This document shows, piece after piece, positions 56,127 to 64,000 of a stretch of 64,000 bases of DNA. The notes under the pieces were generated by a model. The model was not told where the DNA came from. It was given only the letters and a program-made list of their open reading frames with translations, and ran no database searches. Each line of letters begins with the position of its first letter. Positions within the stretch are counted from its first letter, which is position 1. Location of the stretch: contig OZ241740.1 of the NCBI GenBank assembly GCA_965200975.1, forward strand, positions 108,300 through 172,299. Reading direction: 5' to 3'. The position numbers were made by a program, and so were the translations under genes. The stretch comes from Dehalococcoidia bacterium. Lineage in GTDB: Bacteria > Chloroflexota > Dehalococcoidia > Lucifugimonadales > Australimonadaceae.

Positions 56127-56131
56127 AATGC

Positions 56132-56467
56132 GTGGACGTCTCGTTCAAAACGGCGAAGCTGGCGAAAGTCTTCAATGCGGAGAAGTTGCTCCAGCGGGAG
56201 TACGGCGAACGAATGGCGCGGGTCATCATGATGCGGATGGCCGTGCTGAAGAATGCGCGCTCGCTATCGCAGGTGCCGTCCACTCGGCCAGACCGTTGTC
56301 ACTTGCTGACTGGCAAGTACAGCGGACACTACGCCGTCGACTTGGTTCATCCCCATAGACTCGTGTTCAGGCCCGATCATGCGCCCGTTCCGCAGCGGGA
56401 GGATGGGGGAATCGATATCGACAGGGTGACAGCGGTGAGTATCGTCGCAGTGGTTGACTATCACTGA
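56132..56467 (+). CDS. higB: HigB-like (plasmid maintenance system killer, RelE superfamily) toxin
   Basis: 111 aa, GTG start. Pattern SFKTAKLAKVFN...RMAVLKNARSLSQV...LLTGKYSGHYAV...RLVF...VVDYH matches the HigB_toxin family, with an internal insertion. Confidence 0.7.
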   Translation: MDVSFKTAKLAKVFNAEKLLQREYGERMARVIMMRMAVLKNARSLSQVPSTRPDRCHLLTGKYSGHYAVDLVHPHRLVFRPDHAPVPQREDGGIDIDRVTAVSIVAVVDYH

Positions 56468-56476
56468 GGAGGCGGC

Positions 56477-57577
56477 GTGATGGCTCCGACCACAACCCAG
56501 CGCCAACCGGACTATGCCGTTCCGCCCGGGTGGGTGCTTGAGGAACGGCTTGAGGCGATGGACATCTCGCAAGCAGAGTTCGCCAGGCGGTGCGGAAGGT
56601 CGCCCAAGCTGATAAGTCAAATCATTGCAGGGACGGCGCCTCTGGAGCCGGCTACGGCGATCCAATTCGAGCGCGTGCTTGGCGTCGACGCCACTATCTG
56701 GATGGGCATTGAGTCGGACTATCAGCTCATGCGGGCTAAAGTGCGTGAGCGTGAGAAAATGGCGGAGGCTGCGAGGTGGGCTGCGCAGTTTCCCATTGCC
56801 CAGCTGGTTGGACGGGGCGCGATTTCCAAGCCCGTATCAAGGGAAGACCGAGTTCAGAAGCTCCTGGTATTCTTCGGAGTCGCCTCAGTCGAAGCTTGGG
56901 AAGCCCGCCAGAGGAGCGCGGCCTACGCCTACCGCCATTCGCCTACATTCAAGAGCGATCCGGCAGTACTGGCGACGTGGCTTCGGCTTGGGGAACTGGA
57001 AGCCGAGGAAATTGACTGTGCGCCCTACAGTGAAGCGCGATTCAGGGAAGCGTTGGCCAGCATCCGTGAACACACCAGGAAAAGCGCGGAGAGCGTACTC
57101 GAAGAGCCGCGGCGCCTGTGCAAGGAGGCGGGCGTGGCTTTGACTGCAATCCAACCGCTGCCAAAGGCAGCCCTCAGCGGCGCAAGCCGATGGCTGAGTC
57201 CGCGCAAAGCGGCGATTCATCTGACGGCGCGCCATCGGAGCGATGACCAGTTGTGGTTCAGCTTGTTCCACGAGGCAGGGCACTTGTTGCTCCACAGCAA
57301 GAAAGAGACGTTCGTCGACGAGAAAATGGACAGCAGCGACGAAGCCGATCGTGAAGCTGACAGGTGGGCTGCCGATTTCCTGATTCCGCCCCAGGCATGG
57401 AAGTGGTTCGTCGGCTCAGGTCCCTTTACCAAAGCCAGCGTCGAGGCGTTCGCCCAAGAGCAGAGAATCGCTCCCGGTATCGTCGTGGGGCGCTTGCAGC
57501 ACGAGCAGCGCTTGCCTTGGAAGAGCCAGCTAAACGAGCTAAAGATCTGGTTGCAGTGGGACGAGGGAAGCGCCTGA
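56477..57577 (+). CDS. HigA-type XRE-HTH antitoxin fused to an ImmA/IrrE (COG2856, M78) zinc metallopeptidase domain
   Basis: 366 aa. N-terminal PPGWVLEERLEAMDISQAEFARRCGRSPKLISQIIAG. C-terminal HEXXH in FHEAGHLLLH plus ADFLIP. SD GAGGAGG. Confidence 0.8.
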   Translation: MMAPTTTQRQPDYAVPPGWVLEERLEAMDISQAEFARRCGRSPKLISQIIAGTAPLEPATAIQFERVLGVDATIWMGIESDYQLMRAKVREREKMAEAARWAAQFPIAQLVGRGAISKPVSREDRVQKLLVFFGVASVEAWEARQRSAAYAYRHSPTFKSDPAVLATWLRLGELEAEEIDCAPYSEARFREALASIREHTRKSAESVLEEPRRLCKEAGVALTAIQPLPKAALSGASRWLSPRKAAIHLTARHRSDDQLWFSLFHEAGHLLLHSKKETFVDEKMDSSDEADREADRWAADFLIPPQAWKWFVGSGPFTKASVEAFAQEQRIAPGIVVGRLQHEQRLPWKSQLNELKIWLQWDEGSA

Positions 57578-57593
57578 ATGCCTGCGCGGCAAA

Positions 57594-57623
57594 TTGACAC
57601 TCCGCCTCTCTCTGCCCGATAAT
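57594..57623 (+). promoter_or_regulatory. promoter TTGACA-N18-GATAAT of the trp operon
   Basis: -35 at 57594-57599 and -10 at 57618-57623, 17 nt after the antitoxin stop. Confidence 0.6.
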
Positions 57624-57640
57624 CGAATGCAAGGCAGCGA

Positions 57641-57904
57641 CGGGGAGTAGTACGCCGTTTGGCGGGGCATCAGAGAGCCGGGGCAGCTGCGAACCGGCGC
57701 CTGCGCAACGGTCGAATGGACCCCTGAGCCGCGGCCCGAAACCTTGCGGGAGTAGGCGTCGACGGGACCGTCCCGGTACAGACGGACGGCATAACCCGCG
57801 CCGATGCGGCGGGCGTGCCGATAGAGTCCCTGCGCGCACAGCGCCGGGAGAAGAAGGGTGGCACAGCGGATAACCCCGCCCCTTTATGGGAGCGGGGTAT
57901 TTTT
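57641..57904 (+). promoter_or_regulatory. T-box riboswitch leader specific for tRNA-Trp (UGG specifier)
   Basis: Stem I has the 5' AGUA S-turn element (57646-57649), AG bulge AGAGA (57672-57676) and distal stem-loop GCCGG-N12-CCGGC. The specifier loop reads GAA-UGG-A (UGG at 57717-57719). The T-box sequence is AAGAAGGGUGGCACAGCGG (57851-57869). The antiterminator pairs AAGGG/CCCUU and GCGG/CCGC around the 7-nt bulge UGGCACA. The competing terminator follows. Confidence 0.85.
57873..57904 (+). terminator. intrinsic terminator of the T-box leader
   Basis: Stem ACCCCGC (57873-57879) / GCGGGGT (57892-57898) followed by ATTTTT. It is mutually exclusive with the antiterminator. Confidence 0.8.
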
Positions 57905-57933
57905 ACGCCCCCTGAAATGGAAGGAGCATACGG

Positions 57934-59415
57934 ATGGCCGCGTGTTATCCGGCAATCGAACAGTTCCGCGCGCTGGCGGACGAGGGCTACAACCTCATCC
58001 CTGTCTACCGCGAGGTTGTCGCCGACCTCGAAACCCCCGTCTCCGCCTACCTGAAGATCGCGAGCGGCGGCGCGAGCAACTCCTTCCTGCTCGAAAGCGT
58101 CGAGGGAGGCGAACGGGTGGCGCGCTACAGCTTTATAGGCGCCGAGCCGTATCGCGTGCTGCGCACCGGCGAAGGGCAGCCGGACGGCCCCGGCGACCCC
58201 CTTGTCGCGGTGGAGGCGGAGCTTGGCCGCTTCCGCCCCGCGCAAGTCTCCGGCCTGCCCCGGTTCGTCGGCGGCGCCGTCGGCTACCTCTCGTACGAGA
58301 CCGCGCACTACTTCGAACCGCGCGTTCCTCTCCCGGCGAAAGACCCGCAAGGCTTGCCCGAGGCGGCGCTGCTCTTCACCGACTCGATACTCGTGTTCGA
58401 CCACGTGAGGCACAGAATTCAGGTGGTGGCGACGGCGCACGTGACGGACTCGCCGGATGAGGCTTACCGGAAGGCGGTCGAACGCATCGACGAACTCGCC
58501 GAGCGGTTAGCGCGCCCGCTGCCGCGGCAGGCTCAACTGGCGAACGAGCCCGTCGAGAAAGAGGAGGCCGCCCGCGCCGCGGCGGACTACCTTGAGGCGT
58601 CGAACAAGACGCTGGACGAGTACCACGCGATGGTGCGCCGCGCAAAGGAGTACGTCGTAGCCGGCGACATCATCCAGACAGTCCCGTCGCAGCGGGTGGA
58701 GGCGGCAGTGAACGCGGCGGCGTTCGACCTCTACCGGTCGCTGCGGGCGGTGAACCCGTCGCCCTATATGTATTTCCTCGAGCTTGGAGACTTCGCCGTC
58801 GTAGGAGCGTCGCCGGAGATGCTCGTGCGCGCGGAGGACGGCCTGGTCGAGACCCACCCTATTGCGGGCACGCGTCCCCGCGGCAAGGACGCCGAAGACG
58901 ACCTGCGCCTCGAGGCCGAGCTTGCCGCGGACGAGAAGGAGCGCGCCGAGCACATTATGTTGCTCGACTTGGGCCGGAACGATATCGGCCGCGTGAGCAA
59001 GCCGGGCACCGTGCAGGTGACGCAGATGCTCGAGGTAGAGCGCTACTCGCATGTGATGCATCTGGTGTCGCACGTTACGGGACAGCTGCGCGACGACCTG
59101 ACGGCGTTCGACGCGCTGCGGGCGTGCTTCCCCGCCGGCACGGTGTCGGGCGCGCCCAAGATTCGGGCAATGGAGATCATTACGGAGCTCGAGGGCGAGC
59201 GGCGCGGGATCTACGCAGGCGCCGTCGGCTACTTCAGCTTCTCCGGAAATATGGACACCGCCATCGCCATACGCACGATGGTGGTGAAGAACGGCGTCGC
59301 ATACATCCAGGCGGGCGGCGGCGTCGTGTTCGACTCCGACCCGGAGACCGAGCGCCTCGAATCGCTCCACAAGATGAATGCTCTGCTGCGAGCAATCGCA
59401 GAGGCCAGCGGCTGA
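57934..59415 (+). CDS. trpE: anthranilate synthase component I
   Basis: 493 aa. LLESVEGGERVARYSFIG and GIYAGAVGYFSFSGNMDTAIAIRT motifs. SD GGAAGGAG. Confidence 0.93.
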   Translation: MAACYPAIEQFRALADEGYNLIPVYREVVADLETPVSAYLKIASGGASNSFLLESVEGGERVARYSFIGAEPYRVLRTGEGQPDGPGDPLVAVEAELGRFRPAQVSGLPRFVGGAVGYLSYETAHYFEPRVPLPAKDPQGLPEAALLFTDSILVFDHVRHRIQVVATAHVTDSPDEAYRKAVERIDELAERLARPLPRQAQLANEPVEKEEAARAAADYLEASNKTLDEYHAMVRRAKEYVVAGDIIQTVPSQRVEAAVNAAAFDLYRSLRAVNPSPYMYFLELGDFAVVGASPEMLVRAEDGLVETHPIAGTRPRGKDAEDDLRLEAELAADEKERAEHIMLLDLGRNDIGRVSKPGTVQVTQMLEVERYSHVMHLVSHVTGQLRDDLTAFDALRACFPAGTVSGAPKIRAMEIITELEGERRGIYAGAVGYFSFSGNMDTAIAIRTMVVKNGVAYIQAGGGVVFDSDPETERLESLHKMNALLRAIAEASG

Positions 59416-59432
59416 GAGAGGGGGGCAGGACG

Positions 59433-60002
59433 ATGCTGGTGCTCATCGACAACTACGACAGTTTCACGTACAACCTGCACCAGTTCCTCTCTGAACTGGG
59501 GGCCGACGTGCGAGTAGTGCGGAACGACGCTGCGACCGTTGACGAGATCGAGGAGATGGCGCCGGAGCGCATAGTTATCTCGCCGGGGCCGTGCACGCCG
59601 ACGGAAGCGGGCGTCTCGACCGAGGTCGTTGCGCGGTTCGGCGAACGCATGCCGGTGCTGGGAGTGTGCCTCGGGCACCAGTGCATCGGAGCAGCCTATG
59701 GAGGCAAGGTTGTTGGCGCCGGCGAGATTATGCATGGCAAGATGAGCCGGATTACGCACGACGGCAAGGGCGTGTTCACGGGGCTGCCGAACCCGCTGCA
59801 GGGCATTCGCTACCACTCGCTTGCTATCGAAGAGGAGTCGGCGCCGGATGCGCTCGAAATCACCGCGCGAAGCGAGAGCGGGATCATTATGGGGGTGCGG
59901 CATCGCGAATTCCCCGTCGAGGGCATTCAGTTTCATCCCGAGTCGATCATGACGCAGAGCGGCAAAGACCTGCTGCTGAACTTCCTGAGGCGCCCCGTAT
60001 GA
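59433..60002 (+). CDS. trpG: anthranilate synthase component II (glutamine amidotransferase)
   Basis: 189 aa from ATG 59433. MLVLIDNYDSFTYNL, catalytic GVCLGHQ, and FHPES. Confidence 0.9.
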   Translation: MLVLIDNYDSFTYNLHQFLSELGADVRVVRNDAATVDEIEEMAPERIVISPGPCTPTEAGVSTEVVARFGERMPVLGVCLGHQCIGAAYGGKVVGAGEIMHGKMSRITHDGKGVFTGLPNPLQGIRYHSLAIEEESAPDALEITARSESGIIMGVRHREFPVEGIQFHPESIMTQSGKDLLLNFLRRPV

Positions 60003-60571
60003 ATGCCGACTACCGCAGAGACTATCCGTGGATATGGGAGCGGGAAGCCGCGTCGTCGCCGCTGCTCGCCTATGAAGCATGCGCGCGGCGCTTGCGCAAA
60101 GCGGGGTATCGTTTGCGCGAAGCGCAGCCTCCCCCCGCTTCGGGGCAGGCCAAAGAGTTCAGCGGCAGTTTTGTCGCCGTGCGCGACGCGGTGCGCAACG
60201 CGAGACGCCGCCGGACAGGAAAGATCGCCCTGCTCCTCGGCGTGGCGATGACGCTGGCGCTGTTCGTAATGATGGCCGAGGAGATCGGCGCGGAGCGGAA
60301 CATCATCTCGGCGCCCCTGCTCGCGGCGGTCGTCCTCGGAGGGTTCGGAATGAGCCGCATGGCCGAGCCGGAGCAGCGCTTGCGCAAGCTAGTGGAGGTG
60401 AGCGTCGCCGGCGCTTCCGGCGGCGGCGCCCGGATCGCGGCCCGCGGCGGCGCCGGCCCTGCGTTCGGCGACGACTGGGTGGAGGAGTGGGGCGGCGAAC
60501 AGGACTTTGCAGACGTGGAGGAGGCGCTGGCGGACGCCGGCGCTCCGGCGGCGACGGAGGCGCAACGATGA
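59999..60571 (+). CDS. hypothetical two-TM membrane protein encoded inside the trp operon
   Basis: 190 aa. Its ATG overlaps the trpG stop (ATGA) and its TGA overlaps the trpD start (ATGA). Third codon positions are strongly G/C-biased, as in neighbouring genes. TM segments IALLLGVAMTLALFVMMAEEI and IISAPLLAAVVLGGFGM; acidic Trp-containing tail. I do not recognise any motif. Confidence 0.6.
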   Translation: MNADYRRDYPWIWEREAASSPLLAYEACARRLRKAGYRLREAQPPPASGQAKEFSGSFVAVRDAVRNARRRRTGKIALLLGVAMTLALFVMMAEEIGAERNIISAPLLAAVVLGGFGMSRMAEPEQRLRKLVEVSVAGASGGGARIAARGGAGPAFGDDWVEEWGGEQDFADVEEALADAGAPAATEAQR

Positions 60572-61596
60572 TTCAGGACGCGATACGCAAGCTCGCCGAC
60601 CGCGAGGCGCTCTCTGAGTCCGAGGCTGCTGCCGCCGCCGAGGACATCATGACCGGCGAGGCTACGCCCGCGCAGATCGGCGCCTTCCTCATCGCCCTCC
60701 GCCTCAATGGCGAAACAGTCGGCGAGATCACCGGCATGGCCAAAATGATGCGCGAGAAGGCGTTGCGCGTGGAAAGCGACGGCGAGCTGCTGGACGTAGT
60801 GGGCACCGGCGGCGACGGCCTGCGAACGTTTAACGTCTCGACAGCGTCGGCGTTTGTCGCCGCCGCTGCCGGCGTGAAGGTGGCGAAGCACGGCAACCGC
60901 GCAGCCTCGGGCAGCGTCGGCGCCGCCGATATTCTCGAGGCGCACGGGGTCAAGCTCGAACTCAGCCCCGAGTCCGTGCGGCAGTGCATCGACGAAACAG
61001 GCATAGGGTTCATGTTCGCCCCGGCCTTTCACCCTGCGATGCGGTTCGCCGGCCCCGCGCGCCGCGAGCTCGGAGTTCGGACGGTGTTCAACTTCCTCGG
61101 CCCGCTCACTAACCCGGCGGGCGCGGCGTACCAGCTGCTCGGCGTCGCTCAGCCGCGCGACGCCTCCTACGACGTTGCGGAGGCGACTGCTCACGTGCTG
61201 GCGTCGCTCGGCTCGCGGCGCTCGTGGGTCGTGCGCGGCGGCGACGGCCTCGACGAACTCACGACCACCACGGACTCCGACGTATGGGAGGTGGCGGACG
61301 GCGCGGTGTCGCGCTTCGCTCTGACGCCGGAAGACGCAGGGCTGCCGCGCGCGCGGCTGAGCGATTTGCAGGTCGGCGGCGTAGAGGATGCGCGGGAGAA
61401 GTTCACGCGCGCGCTGTCGCCGGGGACGTCTCCTGAGAAAGAAATTGTGCTGCTGAACGCCGGCGCCGCCCTCGTGGTGAGCGGCAAGGCGGACAATATC
61501 GCGGCTGGCGTGGAGATCGCGCGCGGCGTGATCGACTCCGGCGCTCCGCTGGAGAAGGTGCGAGAGCTCGCGGCCTTGAGCCAAACGCTAGCGTGA
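60568..61596 (+). CDS. trpD: anthranilate phosphoribosyltransferase
   Basis: 342 aa. VVGTGGDG and KHGNRAASG motifs. Confidence 0.92.
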   Translation: MIQDAIRKLADREALSESEAAAAAEDIMTGEATPAQIGAFLIALRLNGETVGEITGMAKMMREKALRVESDGELLDVVGTGGDGLRTFNVSTASAFVAAAAGVKVAKHGNRAASGSVGAADILEAHGVKLELSPESVRQCIDETGIGFMFAPAFHPAMRFAGPARRELGVRTVFNFLGPLTNPAGAAYQLLGVAQPRDASYDVAEATAHVLASLGSRRSWVVRGGDGLDELTTTTDSDVWEVADGAVSRFALTPEDAGLPRARLSDLQVGGVEDAREKFTRALSPGTSPEKEIVLLNAGAALVVSGKADNIAAGVEIARGVIDSGAPLEKVRELAALSQTLA

Positions 61597-62396
61597 CGAC
61601 GATGGCCACAGGAACAATTCTCGACAAGATTCTCGATGCGAAGCGCGCGGAGGTGGAGCGGCGCCGGCGCGAACTGCCGTTCGCCGAACTGGAGGAGCAG
61701 GTCAAGGTCTCCCCGTTCCCGCTCAACCTGTCGGGCGCGCTCTGGGGCGACAAGGTGCGCCTCATAGCCGAGGTCAAGAAGGCGTCCCCCTCGAAAGGTC
61801 TGCTCGCAGCGGAGTACGACCCTGCCGCGCTTGCGGCGGTCTACACGGCCAACGGGGCCGCCGCCGTTTCCGTGCTCACCGAAGTCGAACACTTTCAGGG
61901 GAGCCTCGCGCACATGGCCGCGGTGAAGCAGGCGACTGCTTCCGAGGGAGTCCCGGTGCTGCGCAAGGACTTCCTGTTCGACCCGTACCAGCTGTACGAG
62001 GCAAGGGCCAACGGGGCCGACGCCGCGCTGCTGATAGTGGCGGCGCTCTCGCCCGAGCAGCTGCGCGAGCTGCTGGCGGCTGCGCAGAGCATATGGCTGC
62101 AGTGCCTGGTGGAGGCCCACGACGAGCGCGAAGTCGAGACGGCGCTCAGCTGCGGCGCGGAGATAATCGGCGTCAACAATCGCGACCTTCGGACGTTCGA
62201 GGTGGACACGACGCTCGCAGCCCGGCTGCGTCCGCTCGTTCCCCAGGGGCGTATGGTTGTGGCCGAGAGCGGAATAAGCTCGCGCGACGACGTGTTGCCG
62301 CTCAAGCGCGCGGGCGTGAATGGCATACTGGTGGGCGAGGCGCTGATGACCGCCCCGGACGTTGGCGCGAAAGTGCGCGAGTTGGCTGGAGTGTAG
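61593..62396 (+). CDS. trpC: indole-3-glycerol phosphate synthase
   Basis: 267 aa. GTG 61593 overlaps the trpD stop (ATG 61602 is an alternative). EVKKASPSKG and GVNNRDLRTFEV motifs. Confidence 0.9.
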   Translation: MTTMATGTILDKILDAKRAEVERRRRELPFAELEEQVKVSPFPLNLSGALWGDKVRLIAEVKKASPSKGLLAAEYDPAALAAVYTANGAAAVSVLTEVEHFQGSLAHMAAVKQATASEGVPVLRKDFLFDPYQLYEARANGADAALLIVAALSPEQLRELLAAAQSIWLQCLVEAHDEREVETALSCGAEIIGVNNRDLRTFEVDTTLAARLRPLVPQGRMVVAESGISSRDDVLPLKRAGVNGILVGEALMTAPDVGAKVRELAGV

Positions 62397-62398
62397 CC

Positions 62399-63097
62399 GT
62401 GACCCATGTGAAGCTGTGCGGATTCCAGACGGCGGCGCCGGTGCTCGCCGCGATGGAGGCCGGCGCCGACGCCGTCGGCTTGGTGTTCGTCCCCGCTGCG
62501 CGGCGCGCCATTACGGTCGCGCAAGCGGCAGCCGTGCTGGAGGAGGCCCGCGCCTCGGGGGGCGCGACTCCGGCGTTCGTCGGGCTGTTCGGCGACCAGC
62601 CTGCCGACACGGTCAACGACATTGTGGCGGAGCTTCAACTCGACGCCGTGCAGCTGTGCGGCGCCGAAAGCATGGCTTACTGCGCCCGGATGACTGTCCC
62701 CATCTACAAGGTGATCGGCGTCGACCCGGAGATCCCTGCGGCTGCGCAGCTGCCTCGCGTAATGACGACGCAGCAGCGGCATGCCCTCGCCGGACATCGC
62801 ATTGTGGTCGACACGCAAACCCCGGGCGCGTACGGAGGCGCAGGCCGCGGCTTCGATTGGAGCCTGGCCGCTGGTCTGGCGAGCGCTTTCGAGATGTCGC
62901 TTGCGGGCGGCCTCACGCCCGACAATGTCGCCGAGGCTGTCAGGCGCGTGGCGCCCTGGGGCGTCGACGCCTCTAGCGGAGTGGAGACGGACGGCGAGAA
63001 AGACCCCAAAAAGATCAGGGCGTTCGTCGAGGCAGTGCGCGCGCTCGAACCGAAAGCGCAGCCGCGCGGCCTCCGCCGGTTGTTCAGGAGAAGCTGA
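62399..63097 (+). CDS. trpF: N-(5'-phosphoribosyl)anthranilate isomerase
   Basis: About 232 aa. GTG 62399 (or GTG 62408, MKLCG). VKLCGF N-terminus, and GGLTPDNV...VDASSGVE. Confidence 0.85.
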   Translation: MTHVKLCGFQTAAPVLAAMEAGADAVGLVFVPAARRAITVAQAAAVLEEARASGGATPAFVGLFGDQPADTVNDIVAELQLDAVQLCGAESMAYCARMTVPIYKVIGVDPEIPAAAQLPRVMTTQQRHALAGHRIVVDTQTPGAYGGAGRGFDWSLAAGLASAFEMSLAGGLTPDNVAEAVRRVAPWGVDASSGVETDGEKDPKKIRAFVEAVRALEPKAQPRGLRRLFRRS

Positions 63098-63098
63098 C

Positions 63099-64000
63099 AT
63101 GGCGCAGTTGCCCGACGATAAGGGGAGGTTCGGGCCGTTTGGCGGGCGTTACGTCCCCGAAACGCTGATGGCGGCTCTCGACGAACTCTCCGAGGCGTGG
63201 AACGCAGCCCGCGACGACGACGAATTTCAGGGCGAGCTCGCGCGGCTGCTGCGCGACTACGTGGGGCGTCCGACGCCCGTTCACTACGCCGAACGGCTCA
63301 CGGCCCGCGCGGGCGGCGCCGGCGTCTACCTCAAGCGCGAAGACCTTGCGCACACCGGCGCCCACAAGATAAACAATGCGCTCGGCCAGGGACTGCTCGC
63401 CAAGCGAATGGGCAAGCGCCGCATCGTCGCCGAAACGGGCGCGGGGCAGCACGGCGTCGCCACTGCAATGGTGTGCGCGCTGCTTGGGATCGAGTGCGCC
63501 GTCTATATGGGCGAGGAGGATATGCGGCGGCAAGAGCCGAACGTCTACCGCATGCGGATGCTCGGCGCGGAGGTGCGCCCGGTCTCCGTGGGAAGCCGCA
63601 CCCTCAAGGAGGCGATAAGCGAGACCATCCGCGACTGGGTGACCAACGTCGCGGACACTCACTACATCATCGGCAGCGCGGTCGGGCCGCATCCCTATCC
63701 GATGATGGTGCGCGACCTCCAGCGCGTTATCGGACGCGAATCGCGCGCGCAATTCCTCGAAGCGACCGGCAGCCTCCCCGACGCCGTTGTCGCGTGCGTG
63801 GGCGGAGGGTCGAACTCCATCGGGCAGTTCTACGAATTCATCCCCGACGAGGGAGTGCGGCTCGTGGGCGTCGAGGCCGGCGGCGAAGGAGTCGAGACCG
63901 GGCGTCACGCCGCCACCATTAGCGGAGGCCGCGTCGGCGTGCTGCACGGCTCGATGTCTTACATCGTGCAGGATTCCGACGGGCAGATACACGAAACGCA
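63099..64000 (+). CDS. trpB: tryptophan synthase beta chain (5' part; runs off the window)
   Basis: Not in the ORF track because no stop lies in the window. Hand translation from ATG 63099 gives [24 protein letters not shown]...[22 protein letters not shown]...[13 protein letters not shown]. Confidence 0.92.
   Translation, partial: MAQLPDDKGRFGPFGGRYVPETLMAALDELSEAWNAARDDDEFQGELARLLRDYVGRPTPVHYAERLTARAGGAGVYLKREDLAHTGAHKINNALGQGLLAKRMGKRRIVAETGAGQHGVATAMVCALLGIECAVYMGEEDMRRQEPNVYRMRMLGAEVRPVSVGSRTLKEAISETIRDWVTNVADTHYIIGSAVGPHPYPMMVRDLQRVIGRESRAQFLEATGSLPDAVVACVGGGSNSIGQFYEFIPDEGVRLVGVEAGGEGVETGRHAATISGGRVGVLHGSMSYIVQDSDGQIHET

Noticed and set aside
56103-56130. Shared ATAATCG...CGAATGC at the TA promoter and ATAATCGAATGC at the trp promoter (57619-57630) as target-site duplication of an inserted cassette
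   Set aside because: The match is short, partly explained by both being -10 regions, and is interrupted in the left copy by the 17-nt operator arm. It is not convincing as a duplication.

Overview
This is a high-GC bacterial chromosomal segment (roughly two-thirds G+C by eye, not computed). It is dominated by housekeeping genes.

I can support about 58 protein-coding genes, 2 tRNAs (Met-CAT, Val-TAC) and one T-box leader RNA. I see no rRNA, CRISPR array, transposase, integrase or phage genes.

Gene content, left to right:
- A possible dnaE 3' end, ogt, an amidohydrolase, two MFS transporters flanked by the tRNAs, and an FMN-dependent hydroxyacid oxidase.
- An isoprenoid-to-squalene operon: dxs, polyprenyl synthase, hpnC, hpnD, hpnE.
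- ybeY-dnaX-ybaB-recR.
- A class II aldolase, an orphan ABC ATPase, and fpg-alkA.
- dgt-dnaG-rpoD.
- A NEW3-domain surface protein with an ABC-2 exporter.
- mazG, a Lit-like membrane protein, and an FmdB zinc-ribbon protein.
- Rrf2-moeB-cysM plus an atypical response regulator.
- rplY and fmt.
- dnaA-obg-nadD-pyrE, gyrB, cmk-plsC, ppdK, a NUDIX hydrolase, and glnA-gltB.
- A HigB-like toxin with a HigA-HTH/ImmA-peptidase fusion.
- A tRNA-Trp T-box followed by trpE-trpG-orf190-trpD-trpC-trpF-trpB (trpB is cut by the window end).

Most notable observations:
1. A dispersed 40-52 nt GC-rich hairpin repeat family sits just 3' of genes. Two copies are 50/52 identical, and one degenerate copy forms the last codons of hpnE.
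2. Coding-strand polarity switches sharply at the fmt|dnaA boundary. A 24% G+C tract lies after dnaA, dnaN is absent, and only one DnaA-box-like 9-mer is visible. This is a probable but atypical origin region.
3. An unannotatable 190-aa membrane-protein ORF is translationally coupled (ATGA overlaps on both sides) inside the trp operon.
4. A visibly lower-GC HigB/HigA-ImmA module with its own promoter and operator palindrome lies between gltB and the trp T-box.
5. A CysO-type cysM sits next to moeB with no sulfur-carrier or JAMM gene nearby.

Limits: all homology calls come from motif recognition by eye. No searches or numeric computations were run.
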